39,183 bases of DNA, from assembly GCA_041158245.1 (NCBI GenBank), contig JBEBBT010000065.1, positions 1 to 39,183 of the forward strand. Reading direction: 5' to 3'. The position numbers and the translations under genes are program-made. This document shows, one piece after another, positions 27,948-38,331 of the stretch; positions within the stretch are counted from its first letter, which is position 1, and every line of letters begins with the position of its first letter. The notes under the pieces were generated by a model that was not told the DNA's origin, searched no databases, and saw nothing but the letters and a program-made list of their open reading frames with translations. The DNA is from Actinomycetota bacterium. Lineage in GTDB: Bacteria; Actinomycetota; Actinomycetes; S36-B12; UBA5976.

Positions 27948-29372
27948 CTACAAAATTGAAGCTGGTGAATAAATCGCCGCATCTGGATTTAGAGATGCGA
28001 TTGATTCAATTTGTTCAACAACGGCCGCAACTTGTGAAACGGCCGCGCCAGTGAATTCCATCGGAGACTTCATTAGATTGTTGATTTCATCTGCTGAAAG
28101 TTGCAGTCTGTTGTCGTTCGCTAGTCGCTCAACTAAATTGTTTACTCCACCTTCACGAAGTGAAAGTGCGGTAGCGACCGCATGTTCCTTAATAACTTCG
28201 TGTGCAACTTCGCGGCCAACGCCTTTTCGAACTGCGGCCATTAAAACTTTTGTGGTTGCAAGGAAAGGCAAATTGCGAGCCAATTCCTTTTCAATTACCG
28301 CTGGGAATGCACCAAATTCATCAAGCACCGTTAAGAAAGTTTCAAAGAGGCCATCAATTGCAAAGAATGAATCAGCTAGTGCCACTCGGCGAACAACCGA
28401 GCATGCAACGTCACCCTCATTCCACTGGCTGCCAGCTAACTCTGCAGTCATATTTGCATACCCGCGCAGAATTACCGCAAAACCATTGACACGTTCGCAA
28501 GATCTCGTGTTCATCTTGTGTGGCATTGCGCTAGAGCCAACTTGTCCAGCTTTAAATCCTTCGGTGACAAGTTCTTGACCGGCCATCAAACGAATCGTGT
28601 GAGCCAATGAAGAAGGTCCGGCTGCAAGTTGCAATAGTGCGCTAGTTACATCGTGATCTAGTGAACGCGGATAAACCTGACCAACTGATGTCAACACTTG
28701 TTCGAAACCTAGGTGCTCGGCAATTTTCTTTTCTAAAACTGCAAGTTTCTTTTCGTCACCGTCTAACAAATCCAACATGTCTTGAGCGGTTCCAACTGGA
28801 CCTTTGATTCCGCGTAGTGGATAGCGCGCAATTAAATCTTCAAGGCGATCAAAAGCTACCAACATCTCATCAGCAGCTGATGCAAATCGTTTGCCAAGTG
28901 TGGTGATTTGCGCCGGCACATTGTGCGAACGTCCGGTTAGCGCAGTTTCTTCATATTGGGTTGCCATATTTCCAAGGCGAACTAGCGCCGCAATTACGCG
29001 CACTCGAACAAGTTGTAGCGATTGCAAGATTTGAAGTTGTTCCACATTTTCTGTTAGGTCGCGTGAGGTCATTCCTTTGTGGATTTGCTCGTGACCCGCA
29101 AGTGCACAAAATTCTTCAATGCGCGCTTTCACATCATGTCGAGTGACGGCTTCGCGAGCTGCAATTGAAGCTAGATCAATTTGGTCGATGACTTTTTCGT
29201 AAGCAGCTAGCGCATCTTTTGGAACTTCAATCCCCGCATCAGCTTGTGCCTTCAAAACCGCAACCCATAGTTGACGTTCTAACCGGACTTTGTTTTCGGC
29301 CGACCAGATAACAGCCATTTCTTGCGATGCATATCTATTTGCCAGAACATTTGCGATGCGCGGTTTAGTCAC
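27948..29372 (-). CDS. purB: adenylosuccinate lyase
   Basis: 474 aa. It has the fumarate-lyase signature GSSAMPHKMN and the C-terminal ADSL domain. Confidence 0.95.
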   Translation of the reverse strand: MTKPRIANVLANRYASQEMAVIWSAENKVRLERQLWVAVLKAQADAGIEVPKDALAAYEKVIDQIDLASIAAREAVTRHDVKARIEEFCALAGHEQIHKGMTSRDLTENVEQLQILQSLQLVRVRVIAALVRLGNMATQYEETALTGRSHNVPAQITTLGKRFASAADEMLVAFDRLEDLIARYPLRGIKGPVGTAQDMLDLLDGDEKKLAVLEKKIAEHLGFEQVLTSVGQVYPRSLDHDVTSALLQLAAGPSSLAHTIRLMAGQELVTEGFKAGQVGSSAMPHKMNTRSCERVNGFAVILRGYANMTAELAGSQWNEGDVACSVVRRVALADSFFAIDGLFETFLTVLDEFGAFPAVIEKELARNLPFLATTKVLMAAVRKGVGREVAHEVIKEHAVATALSLREGGVNNLVERLANDNRLQLSADEINNLMKSPMEFTGAAVSQVAAVVEQIESIASLNPDAAIYSPASIL

Positions 29373-29384
29373 TGGCTCATTCTC

Positions 29385-30641
29385 TCAGTTAGCCGCTTTT
29401 TGAGCGATGTCCGTGCGGAAATGTGAGCCGCGAATACTTATTTGGCCAACTGCCTCGTAAGCCCGAGCCCGAGCCATTTTTAGGTCAGGACCAGTTGCGG
29501 TAACTGATAAAACTCGGCCACCAGCTGTGACAATTTCCCCATCTTTATTTGCCGTGCCTGCGTGAAATACCTTCACATTTGGAAGTGAATTCGCACGTTC
29601 TAGTCCAGAGATCACATCGCCAAGATTTGGCGCATCTGGATATTTCTCACTGGCAATCACAACTGTCACCGCTGCATCATCTGACCATTCAAGCGGCGGA
29701 AGTTGATTTAGTTTTCCAGTTGCCGCCGCATAAAGCACCCCAGCTAATGATGTTTTCAACCGGGCTAAAACCACTTGCGTTTCTGGATCGCCGAAGCGAG
29801 CATTGAACTCAATAACTTTTGGACCTTTAGATGTAATCGCTAATCCAACAAATAGAACTCCACTAAAAGGAGTTCCACGTTCATGCATTAAATCAATCAC
29901 TGGTTGCCCAATTTTTGTAACTACTTGTTCAACCAAATCAGGTTGCGCCCAAGGCAATGGTGAATACGCTCCCATGCCACCTGTGTTTGGACCAGCATCA
30001 TCATTGCCAACTCGTTTGAAATCTTGGGCTGGCTGTAGCGGAACTACGTTCTTACCATCACACAATAAAAACAATGAAACTTCTGGGCCATCGAGAAATT
30101 CCTCGACGACAACTTTTCCATCTTGATTTGAGAAACATTCATTTGCATGCGCAATTGCAACTGCAGGATCGTTAGTTACAACCACACCTTTTCCAGCAGC
30201 AAGTCCATCATCTTTAATCACGTGCGGTGCACCAAATTCGGCCATCGCTTTTTCTACTTCAGCAACGTTGTTGCAGGTGTAGGAATGTGAGGTTGGAACT
30301 TTTGCAGCGACCATTATTTCTTTTGCAAAAGATTTACTTGCCTCAAGTTTGGCTGCATCTCTTAGTGGACCGAAACAAGCGATTCCGGCGGCAGTCACCG
30401 CATCAGCCGCACCATGTGCGAGTGGCACTTCCGGCCCCACCACAACTAGATCAACTGCTAACTCTTGAGCTAATTGTGTAATTGCCGAGCTGTTTTTTAC
30501 ATCGATTGGATGAGTAGGAACTTCCAGTGCAATTCCAGCATTGCCTGGTGCACAAACCACAGACTCAGTAACTGGATCTGCAAGTAGAGATTGCACGATC
30601 GCATGTTCGCGAGCGCCAGAACCAATCACCAAGATTTTCAC
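29385..30641 (-). CDS. purD: phosphoribosylamine--glycine ligase
   Basis: 418 aa with a GTG start. It has N-terminal KILVIGSGAREHA, an ATP-grasp core and FNARFGDPE. Confidence 0.95.
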   Translation of the reverse strand: MKILVIGSGAREHAIVQSLLADPVTESVVCAPGNAGIALEVPTHPIDVKNSSAITQLAQELAVDLVVVGPEVPLAHGAADAVTAAGIACFGPLRDAAKLEASKSFAKEIMVAAKVPTSHSYTCNNVAEVEKAMAEFGAPHVIKDDGLAAGKGVVVTNDPAVAIAHANECFSNQDGKVVVEEFLDGPEVSLFLLCDGKNVVPLQPAQDFKRVGNDDAGPNTGGMGAYSPLPWAQPDLVEQVVTKIGQPVIDLMHERGTPFSGVLFVGLAITSKGPKVIEFNARFGDPETQVVLARLKTSLAGVLYAAATGKLNQLPPLEWSDDAAVTVVIASEKYPDAPNLGDVISGLERANSLPNVKVFHAGTANKDGEIVTAGGRVLSVTATGPDLKMARARAYEAVGQISIRGSHFRTDIAQKAAN

Positions 30642-30665
30642 TGGTGAATTTTACCTGCTTGAGAC

Positions 30666-31997
30666 TTAACCCTCGTAGTGCTTGTCCATAACAGTGAAAA
30701 CCTTTTCAAGCTTCTCAAGTGCTTCACGCACTTCATCCTCAGAAATGTTGCAAGGCGGCACAACATGAAGTCGGTTTGCTGCAGTAAATGGCAACAAACC
30801 ATTTGCACGGCAGGTTGCAATTAGTTCCGCCATCACAGGTGAAGGGCCAGATGCAGGAGCTACAGGTCTGCGAGTTTTTTGGTCGTGAACAAGGTCAAGC
30901 GCCCAGAAAACTCCAAGCCCGCGCACTTCTCCAATGATTGGGTGACGTCCAGCTAGTTCACACAAGCCAGCAGCTAAGACACCATTGCCAACATTTGCAG
31001 CATTCTCAACAATTTTCTCTTCCCGCATTGCGTTGATAGTGGCAATTGCCGAGGCGGTGGCAATTGGATGGCCGGAATAAGTCAGACCACCTGGGAAAAC
31101 GCGGGAATCAAAAGTGGCGGCGATTTCATCGCTGATAATCACACCACCGAGTGGGATGTAGCCGCTGTTAACACCTTTTGCGAAAACAATTAGATCAGGT
31201 TTGATGTTGAAGTGTTCGAACGCGAACCATTTTCCTGTTCGACCAAAGCCGGCCATAACTTCATCTGCGATGTAAACAATGTTGTGTTGTTCGCAAAGTG
31301 CTTTTACGCCTTCTAAATATCCTGGAGGTGGAATCAAAACACCACCGGTGCCAACCACTGATTCCAAAACGATACAAGCGATTGATTGTGGACCTTCAGC
31401 AGCAATTACATCTGCAAGATGCGCAAGTGCGCGTTCGGTTTCTTGTTCTGGTGATTCAGACCAAAAATTCGAGCGATATGGAAATGGTCCAAAGAAGTGG
31501 ACGTGTCCCATTGAATATTCGTTTGGAATTCGTCGCCAGTCGCCGGTTGCGTTAATCGCGGAACCAGTGTTTCCGTGATACGAGCGATAGTAAGAAAGCA
31601 CTTTGGTTTTTCCGGTGTGCAATCGCGCCATTCGAATTGCATTTTCAATTGCATCCGCTCCACCGTTGGTGAAGAAAACTTTGTTAAATCCATCTGGTGC
31701 AACTTCTGAAATCAGTTTTGCTGCTTCACCACGCGACTTCACTGCATGTTGAGGTGCGATGGTTGCCATTGTGTCTGCTTGAGCTTTGATGGCAGCAATC
31801 ACCTTTGGATGTTGATGACCAATATTCGTGTTTACTAGCTGACTTGATATGTCTAGGTACTTGTTTCCGTCGAAGTCCCAAACATAAGAACCCGCAGTCT
31901 TTTCAACCACGAATGGATTCAAAGTTCCTTGTGCGGACCAAGAATGGAATACATGCTTGCGGTCTAAATCAAAGACGTACTTACCTTCATCGCTCAT
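30666..31997 (-). CDS. class III (omega-type) PLP-dependent aminotransferase, substrate unknown
   Basis: It has DEVMAGFGRTG and the PLP-lysine context FAKGVNSG. The ATG at 31997 (MSDEGKYVF) is preferred. The track's TTG at 32057 would overlap the upstream GNAT gene by 49 nt. Confidence 0.85.
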   Translation of the reverse strand: MSDEGKYVFDLDRKHVFHSWSAQGTLNPFVVEKTAGSYVWDFDGNKYLDISSQLVNTNIGHQHPKVIAAIKAQADTMATIAPQHAVKSRGEAAKLISEVAPDGFNKVFFTNGGADAIENAIRMARLHTGKTKVLSYYRSYHGNTGSAINATGDWRRIPNEYSMGHVHFFGPFPYRSNFWSESPEQETERALAHLADVIAAEGPQSIACIVLESVVGTGGVLIPPPGYLEGVKALCEQHNIVYIADEVMAGFGRTGKWFAFEHFNIKPDLIVFAKGVNSGYIPLGGVIISDEIAATFDSRVFPGGLTYSGHPIATASAIATINAMREEKIVENAANVGNGVLAAGLCELAGRHPIIGEVRGLGVFWALDLVHDQKTRRPVAPASGPSPVMAELIATCRANGLLPFTAANRLHVVPPCNISEDEVREALEKLEKVFTVMDKHYEG

Positions 31998-32008
31998 AGC
32001 GCGTGAAT

Positions 32009-32680
32009 CTACTCTGAGTAGACCCGCTCTTCTAGACGCGCACGCACTTTTGGCCAATCTTCAACAGTGATTGAGAACAAAACCGTGTCACGAATCGAGC
32101 CATCTGCCCTTCGCTGATAGCGCCGTAACACGCCTTCATAAGTTGCCCCAAGCCTTGCAATTGCTTGTTGGGATCTGACGTTACGGATATCGGTTTTTAG
32201 TTGCACCCGACCCATGCCCAACTCTTCAAAGGCGTATTTGAGTAGTAGTAACTTGGTTTCTGGATTTACTTTGGTGCCCCAAAATTCAGGCACATATGTA
32301 GTTGCACCAATTTCGGTTCGGGCGTCACGAACTGAAGTATCTAGAAATGAAGTGGTGCCAACAAAAGTAAATTCGTCTCGCTTCAAATACGACTTTGCAA
32401 GCCGCACGGTCCATGGTTGCCATGGCCCTTCTAAATCTCGTGACTTCAACGGCAAAAGGATGTCTTCAATTTGAGTTGGGCGAATTACTGCATGTTTCCA
32501 GCATTCATCTCGATCAAGCTCATTAAATTGCTCTTCTAGATCTTCAATGTGTGTAGGACGTACAACTACATATTCGCCACGGAGTTCAGTTTTCGGACTG
32601 ATAGGCCATTTGATTCCCGGCCAAATTTCATCTTTTGGTCGCGGATCTACTTTTGGTTCAAACCTTGGAAGTTCTTCCAT
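32009..32680 (-). CDS. GNAT family N-acetyltransferase (RimJ/RimL-like subgroup), substrate unknown
   Basis: 223 aa. It has the GNAT core (LLLKYAFEELGMGRVQLKTDIRNVRSQQAIARLGATYEGVLR). It lies 2 nt after purA and 11 nt before the aminotransferase. Confidence 0.75.
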   Translation of the reverse strand: MEELPRFEPKVDPRPKDEIWPGIKWPISPKTELRGEYVVVRPTHIEDLEEQFNELDRDECWKHAVIRPTQIEDILLPLKSRDLEGPWQPWTVRLAKSYLKRDEFTFVGTTSFLDTSVRDARTEIGATTYVPEFWGTKVNPETKLLLLKYAFEELGMGRVQLKTDIRNVRSQQAIARLGATYEGVLRRYQRRADGSIRDTVLFSITVEDWPKVRARLEERVYSE

Positions 32681-32682
32681 GG

Positions 32683-33984
<1,302 letters not shown>

Positions 33985-34040
33985 CTAAGTCACTTTGGCA
34001 AGCACCCTTTGGTCTTGCGGCGGAAGTTTAGCCAATCTCA

Positions 34041-34076
34041 TAAAAACAAACAGCGACACAGTCACCTGTGCCGCTG
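34041..34076 (-). terminator. rho-independent terminator downstream of pstS
   Basis: The minus-strand RNA reads CAGCGGCACAG-GUGA-CUGUGUCGCUG. That is an 11-bp stem with one G-U pair, followed by UUUGUUUUUA. Confidence 0.8.
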
Positions 34077-34092
34077 CTTGCTTATTTTTTAG

Positions 34093-35157
34093 TTAGTCAT
34101 GGATTGCATTTGCAAGTTCAAGTGCTTTGGTCTTCAAAGTACCTGAAATTGGAGCATATCCGAGGGACTTGCCGTTTTGTGGTCCGCAAGTGTTAAGTAA
34201 GTACTTGACGAATCCCTCAACAGCCTGTGCCTTTGCCGAAGACGCTCCACGATCTGCGATCGCGTAGGTCAACAATGACATGTTGTAAGCACCAGCAATC
34301 TTCTTTGTGAAGTCGAGTGTTACAGCACCAGTTGCAGAGTTGAAGTTTGCGCGGCCGTAGAACTCTTGCAAGAACTTCGCTGCTGATGCAGATGTTGGCT
34401 TGATGAATTCACCGTTTGCGTTCTTCAAAAGTGCAACTGCAACCTTTGGCTTACCTGATGAATCAACAGAGTCTGACAAGTCAGCGTATCCAATTGTGTA
34501 AGCAGTGTTCTTGACTGAAGTCACAAGTGCTTGTGAGGTAGCAGCACCGATTGAACCTGCTGGCATTCGACCAGCTGGATTACCTGATGCAATTGTTCCG
34601 TTCTTGGCTTTGGTCCAGATGCTCGGAACATTTTGACGCAAGTAATCAGTTAGGTTTTCTGATGTACCTGAGCTTGCAGAACGATAAACAACGCGAATTG
34701 CTTTGTTTGGAAGTTTTGCTTTAACAGTTGCGGTTTGCAAACTCTTAATTGAAGTGTGATTCCACTTGGTAATTTTTCCAGAAAGAATTTTTGCAATAGT
34801 TGCTGCATCCAATTTCAGTTGTGCATTTGCAACACCTGGAATGTTGTACATGATCGCAATTGGGCCACCCACCACTGGGATGTAGCGGTAAGTACGACCA
34901 GTTGAGATAGTTGATGCTGCATCTGAAGCACCGAAATCAACTGTGCTAGCACCGAATGAGCTGCGACCAACACCGGAACCTTGGCTGATGTAGGTGATGT
35001 TGTAATCAGATTGCTTCACGGCACATGAAGTAATGAATTTGTAGGCAAAAGATGAGCCAGTGCCCTTAAGACTTGTAGCGGCAAAAGCAGGTCCAGCTAG
35101 GAATGTGGTAACTGCAAGAGCAGCAGCTGCGAGAGCTGCAAGCAAGCGCTTTGGCAT
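34093..35157 (-). CDS. pstS: phosphate ABC transporter substrate-binding protein PstS
   Basis: 354 aa from the ATG at 35157, with an AAGGAAA SD. The signal peptide is MPKRLLAALAAAALAVTTFLAGPAFA. PBP fold blocks are present (GTGSSF, SQGSGVG). Confidence 0.9.
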   Translation of the reverse strand: MPKRLLAALAAAALAVTTFLAGPAFAATSLKGTGSSFAYKFITSCAVKQSDYNITYISQGSGVGRSSFGASTVDFGASDAASTISTGRTYRYIPVVGGPIAIMYNIPGVANAQLKLDAATIAKILSGKITKWNHTSIKSLQTATVKAKLPNKAIRVVYRSASSGTSENLTDYLRQNVPSIWTKAKNGTIASGNPAGRMPAGSIGAATSQALVTSVKNTAYTIGYADLSDSVDSSGKPKVAVALLKNANGEFIKPTSASAAKFLQEFYGRANFNSATGAVTLDFTKKIAGAYNMSLLTYAIADRGASSAKAQAVEGFVKYLLNTCGPQNGKSLGYAPISGTLKTKALELANAIHD

Positions 35158-35245
35158 GCTATTTCCTTTCGTGTTGCTGTGAGTGATCAGCTGATGCTGT
35201 TCTACGGAGTCCCACAACATGCCTCGGACAATAGACAACAAGATG

Positions 35246-35284
35246 AAACAAACCTCTGCGTCTAGTAGAAGCAGAGGTTTGTTT
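35246..35284 (-). terminator. hairpin terminator between pstB and pstS (sequence is symmetric, so potentially bidirectional)
   Basis: AAACAAACCTCTGC (35246-35259) and GCAGAGGTTTGTTT (35271-35284) form a perfect 14-bp inverted repeat. The GC core CCUCUGC/GCAGAGG is followed by UUUGUUU on the minus-strand RNA. Confidence 0.7.
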
Positions 35285-35314
35285 TAGGTGAATTTTTGGT
35301 GAAGTATTTTGAGA

Positions 35315-36121
35315 TTAGCCGAATCGACCGTGAACGTAATCGTCAGTCCGCTCATCTTGTGGTTTGTGGAAGATATCGTGGGTTAGACCGTTCTCCACCA
35401 CGTGGCCCGGACGTCCGTCTTCAGACAGGAAGAAAGCGGTGTAATCGCTCACACGCAGAGCTTGCTGCATATTGTGAGTAACAATCACGATGGTTACGGT
35501 TTCACGAAGTTCCTTGATGGTCTCTTCGATACGTCGGGTTGAGCCGGGGTCAAGAGCAGAACATGGTTCATCCATCAACAAAATCTGTGGTTTCAAAACC
35601 AATGAACGGGCGATGCAAAGGCGTTGCTGCTGACCACCAGAAAGTGAGCCTGCGCTGGTCTTGAGCCGATCTTTAACTTCTTCCCAGAGGCCGGCTTTGC
35701 GAAGTGAATCTTCCAAAATGAATTCAGCATCGTCAACTTTACGTTTTGCAAGTTTTAAACCGGCAAGCACGTTGTCACCGATAGACATTGATGGGAATGG
35801 GTTTGGCTTTTGGAAAACCATACCGACTTTTAGGCGAACATCTACAGGGTCAACATGTGCTGCATAGATATCTTCATTATCGAGCATTACATGACCAGCA
35901 AGTTTTGCGCCTGGGATTAATTCATGCATGCGATTCAAAGTTCGAATGAAAGTTGACTTTCCGCAACCTGAAGGTCCAATCAGCGCAGTAACTGTGTTAG
36001 TTGGAAACTCGAGATTGACATTTGCCAAGACCTGACGATCTCCAAACCAGACATTGATGTCTTTGGTTTCCATCGCATTTTCTGAATTTGCAACAAATTC
36101 AAAATCTTGTGAACTCATCAT
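35315..36121 (-). CDS. pstB: phosphate ABC transporter ATP-binding protein PstB
   Basis: 268 aa. It has Walker [10 protein letters not shown], the signature LSGGQQQRL, the Walker B motif LLMDEP, and a typical PstB N-terminus ([11 protein letters not shown]). Confidence 0.95.
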   Translation of the reverse strand: MMSSQDFEFVANSENAMETKDINVWFGDRQVLANVNLEFPTNTVTALIGPSGCGKSTFIRTLNRMHELIPGAKLAGHVMLDNEDIYAAHVDPVDVRLKVGMVFQKPNPFPSMSIGDNVLAGLKLAKRKVDDAEFILEDSLRKAGLWEEVKDRLKTSAGSLSGGQQQRLCIARSLVLKPQILLMDEPCSALDPGSTRRIEETIKELRETVTIVIVTHNMQQALRVSDYTAFFLSEDGRPGHVVENGLTHDIFHKPQDERTDDYVHGRFG

Positions 36122-36126
36122 TTCCT

Positions 36127-37182
36127 CTAGTTTCTCTTCATTCGGTCAGCCACGATGCGCGCTGAGGTAAACAAAATTGTGATGGTGGTTAGTAGTACAA
36201 ATGTGGCAAACCATGCTCTAGCCATGTCGTTATCGCCACCAAGCAGCATTTGCGTGAACACATAGCTCGGTAGCGCAGACATTGATTCGGAGAATGGATT
36301 TACATTCAAAACATTATTTCCAAATGCAGTTAGTAACAATGGAGCAGTTTCACCTGCAACTCGAGCTACACCCAAAATCGCAGAAGTAATCAAACCGCTT
36401 TTTGCAGCTGGAAGCACCACCATTCGAACGGTGCGCCATTGAGTTCCACCGAGTGCAAGTGCCGCAGTGCGAAGATCATCTGGAATTAGTCGCAAAATTT
36501 CTTCTGCAGTTCGAGCAACCGTTGGCAGCATCAAAATTGAAAGTGCCAGTGCACCAGCAAAACCTGAGTATTGCAATATTCCGCTGACAATTAATGCAGA
36601 ATAGATGAACAAGCCAGCCACGATTGATGGCACACCCGACATCGCTTGGACGAAGAACCGAACTAAGGGAGTCAGTTTTCCGCGAACTTCTGTTACGTAC
36701 AAAGCAGCCAAGATTCCAATCGGCACTGAAATCAATGTCGCAATACCCACCATGATGATGGTTCCAACAATTGCGTGGCCAAGCCCACCCTTGCTAAGTG
36801 GTTCATCCGCACCAACTTTTCCAGCATCTTCAAAAAGTAAATTTAGATGGGTAATTCCAACTAAACCATTTGAGATAACGGGCCAAAGTACGGTTGCTAC
36901 GAAGGTGACAAAGACAAAAATGGTTGCACCGACAAAAACTTCTAGAAATGCATTTGCTAGTGACTTTTGTTTCTTTCCGTATTTGGCAAGAAGTGCAGCC
37001 GAAAGAATGTGAAAAGCCAACCATGTCACGCAAAAACCGGTGAAACCCGCCATTGGAGTTATCACTGTGAAAAGTAGGGCCAAGACAGGCGTACCTAGAT
37101 GTGTTCCAAGTTGTTGAATCCGATATTGCGGATCCACTGTCTTCCAAGGTTGAGTTGGGGTATCTGAAAGTAAATTACTCAT
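36127..37182 (-). CDS. pstA: phosphate ABC transporter permease PstA
   Basis: 351-aa polytopic membrane protein with an EAA-like loop ([18 protein letters not shown]). It is the second permease in the operon. Confidence 0.85.
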   Translation of the reverse strand: MSNLLSDTPTQPWKTVDPQYRIQQLGTHLGTPVLALLFTVITPMAGFTGFCVTWLAFHILSAALLAKYGKKQKSLANAFLEVFVGATIFVFVTFVATVLWPVISNGLVGITHLNLLFEDAGKVGADEPLSKGGLGHAIVGTIIMVGIATLISVPIGILAALYVTEVRGKLTPLVRFFVQAMSGVPSIVAGLFIYSALIVSGILQYSGFAGALALSILMLPTVARTAEEILRLIPDDLRTAALALGGTQWRTVRMVVLPAAKSGLITSAILGVARVAGETAPLLLTAFGNNVLNVNPFSESMSALPSYVFTQMLLGGDNDMARAWFATFVLLTTITILFTSARIVADRMKRN

Positions 37183-38180
37183 TTTTTCGCCCGGTTAGTT
37201 GAAGAAACAATCGCAGTTGCTACCGCATTTGTGACCAAAGTGATTAAGAACAAGGCCAGACCAGCACCAAAGAGTGCGCTGATTTCAAGAGGTTGTGCCT
37301 CACCAAATCGAGAAACGATGAGAGATGCAACTGAGCCACCAGTGCTTTCGAGAATTCGAATCCAGTTAACTTCGTCGAAGAAGAGCTGCAAAACAAAGAA
37401 AACCGCGATGGTTTCGCCAAGTGCTCGTCCGAGGCCAAGCATTGCTCCACCGGTAATGCCACTCTTGCTGAATGGCAAAACAACGTTGCGAATCATTGTC
37501 CAACGAGAAGCACCAAGTGCTTGAGCGCCGGTGATTAACTCTGGTGGAACTGACGCAAAAATCTCGCGGGACACCGCTGCGATGATTGGTGTAATCATGA
37601 TCGCCAAAACAAGTCCAGCCATAAATGGAGATTGTTCAAAGCCTTCAAATTCGACTTGGAAAAAAGGAATGAATCCAAGATTTGTGTTCAACCATTTTGC
37701 CCAAAGCGCTCCATGCTGCATTAAGACGAAGAAGCCCCACAAACCAAAAACAATTGATGGAATAGCGGCAACTAAATCAACAAACACCGTAAAGGCAAAT
37801 GCTAATTTTTTCGGCAAGAAATAAGTAGCTGCTAACGCAATTCCAATTGCCATCGGAACTGCAATCGCCACTGCAATGATTGCAATTAATAGCGAGCCCC
37901 AGAGCATCGGCGCAAGACCAAAAGTTGGTGGGTCAATCGAACCTTCTGATGGAAGCAATCCATCGCCTGCGTACCAAGAGCTGCCAGTGAAGAATTCCAA
38001 ACCGAATGCTCGAAGAACTGGGGCTGCTGAAATTGCAAGATAACCAAAGATTCCAGAAAGCAAAACAAAAGCTGCAAGCCCACCGGCAATCAAGATGCCG
38101 CGGAAGACTTTGTCTGAGCCCTGGCGAATTACATGAATTGTGCGAGGAAGGATCTTCTCGGCTTCGGTGACGGCTGACAT
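37179..38180 (-). CDS. pstC: phosphate ABC transporter permease PstC
   Basis: 333-aa polytopic membrane protein with an EAA-like loop (ELITGAQALGASRWTMI). It is the first permease and has a 4-nt overlap with pstA. Confidence 0.85.
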   Translation of the reverse strand: MSAVTEAEKILPRTIHVIRQGSDKVFRGILIAGGLAAFVLLSGIFGYLAISAAPVLRAFGLEFFTGSSWYAGDGLLPSEGSIDPPTFGLAPMLWGSLLIAIIAVAIAVPMAIGIALAATYFLPKKLAFAFTVFVDLVAAIPSIVFGLWGFFVLMQHGALWAKWLNTNLGFIPFFQVEFEGFEQSPFMAGLVLAIMITPIIAAVSREIFASVPPELITGAQALGASRWTMIRNVVLPFSKSGITGGAMLGLGRALGETIAVFFVLQLFFDEVNWIRILESTGGSVASLIVSRFGEAQPLEISALFGAGLALFLITLVTNAVATAIVSSTNRAKK

Positions 38181-38245
38181 ACCCCAATTTTGGCGTGGAA
38201 AGTTGGCGGCGAATAGTGCTCAAAGTGAGAGCGGCAAGAATTAAA

Positions 38246-38264
38246 GGTAAACATCAGGTAAACA
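38246..38264 (-). promoter_or_regulatory. candidate PHO box: two 8-bp direct repeats with 11-bp period upstream of pstC
   Basis: The minus strand reads TGTTTACC-TGA-TGTTTACC, followed immediately by TTTAAT (a possible -10). The site is about 66-84 nt upstream of the pstC start. Confidence 0.45.
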
Positions 38265-38269
38265 ACCCC

Positions 38270-38310
38270 AAAAAGCATCTAGGTGGCCGCCTTTGGGCGA
38301 CCACCTAGAT
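38270..38310 (-). terminator. rho-independent terminator downstream of the PhoX-like gene
   Basis: The minus-strand RNA reads AUCUAGGUGGUCGCC-CAAA-GGCGGCCACCUAGAU. That is a 15-bp stem with one G-U pair, followed by GCUUUUUGGGG. Confidence 0.8.
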
Positions 38311-38331
38311 ATCTATGAAGGGAATTGAGGA

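Noticed and set aside
28051-28578. Long antisense ORFs opposite well-supported genes. Examples are 28051-28578 opposite purB, 2194-2655 opposite acuC, 2913-3365 opposite proC, 21677-22108 opposite purF/purM, 36605-37012 opposite pstA, 17817-18245 opposite nadB, and 8563-8910 opposite clpC.
   Set aside because: Each lies fully inside a gene with unmistakable family motifs on the other strand. Their translations are low-complexity and Ser/Arg/Pro-rich, and none has a visible SD. This is typical shadow-ORF behaviour.
30666-32680. Reading the GNAT plus class III aminotransferase pair as ectA-ectB (ectoine synthesis).
   Set aside because: No ectC follows. The GNAT looks RimJ/RimL-like rather than EctA-like, and the aminotransferase N-terminus (VFHSWSAQG) resembles omega-transaminases more than DABA transaminases. 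The assignment is not supportable from sequence alone.
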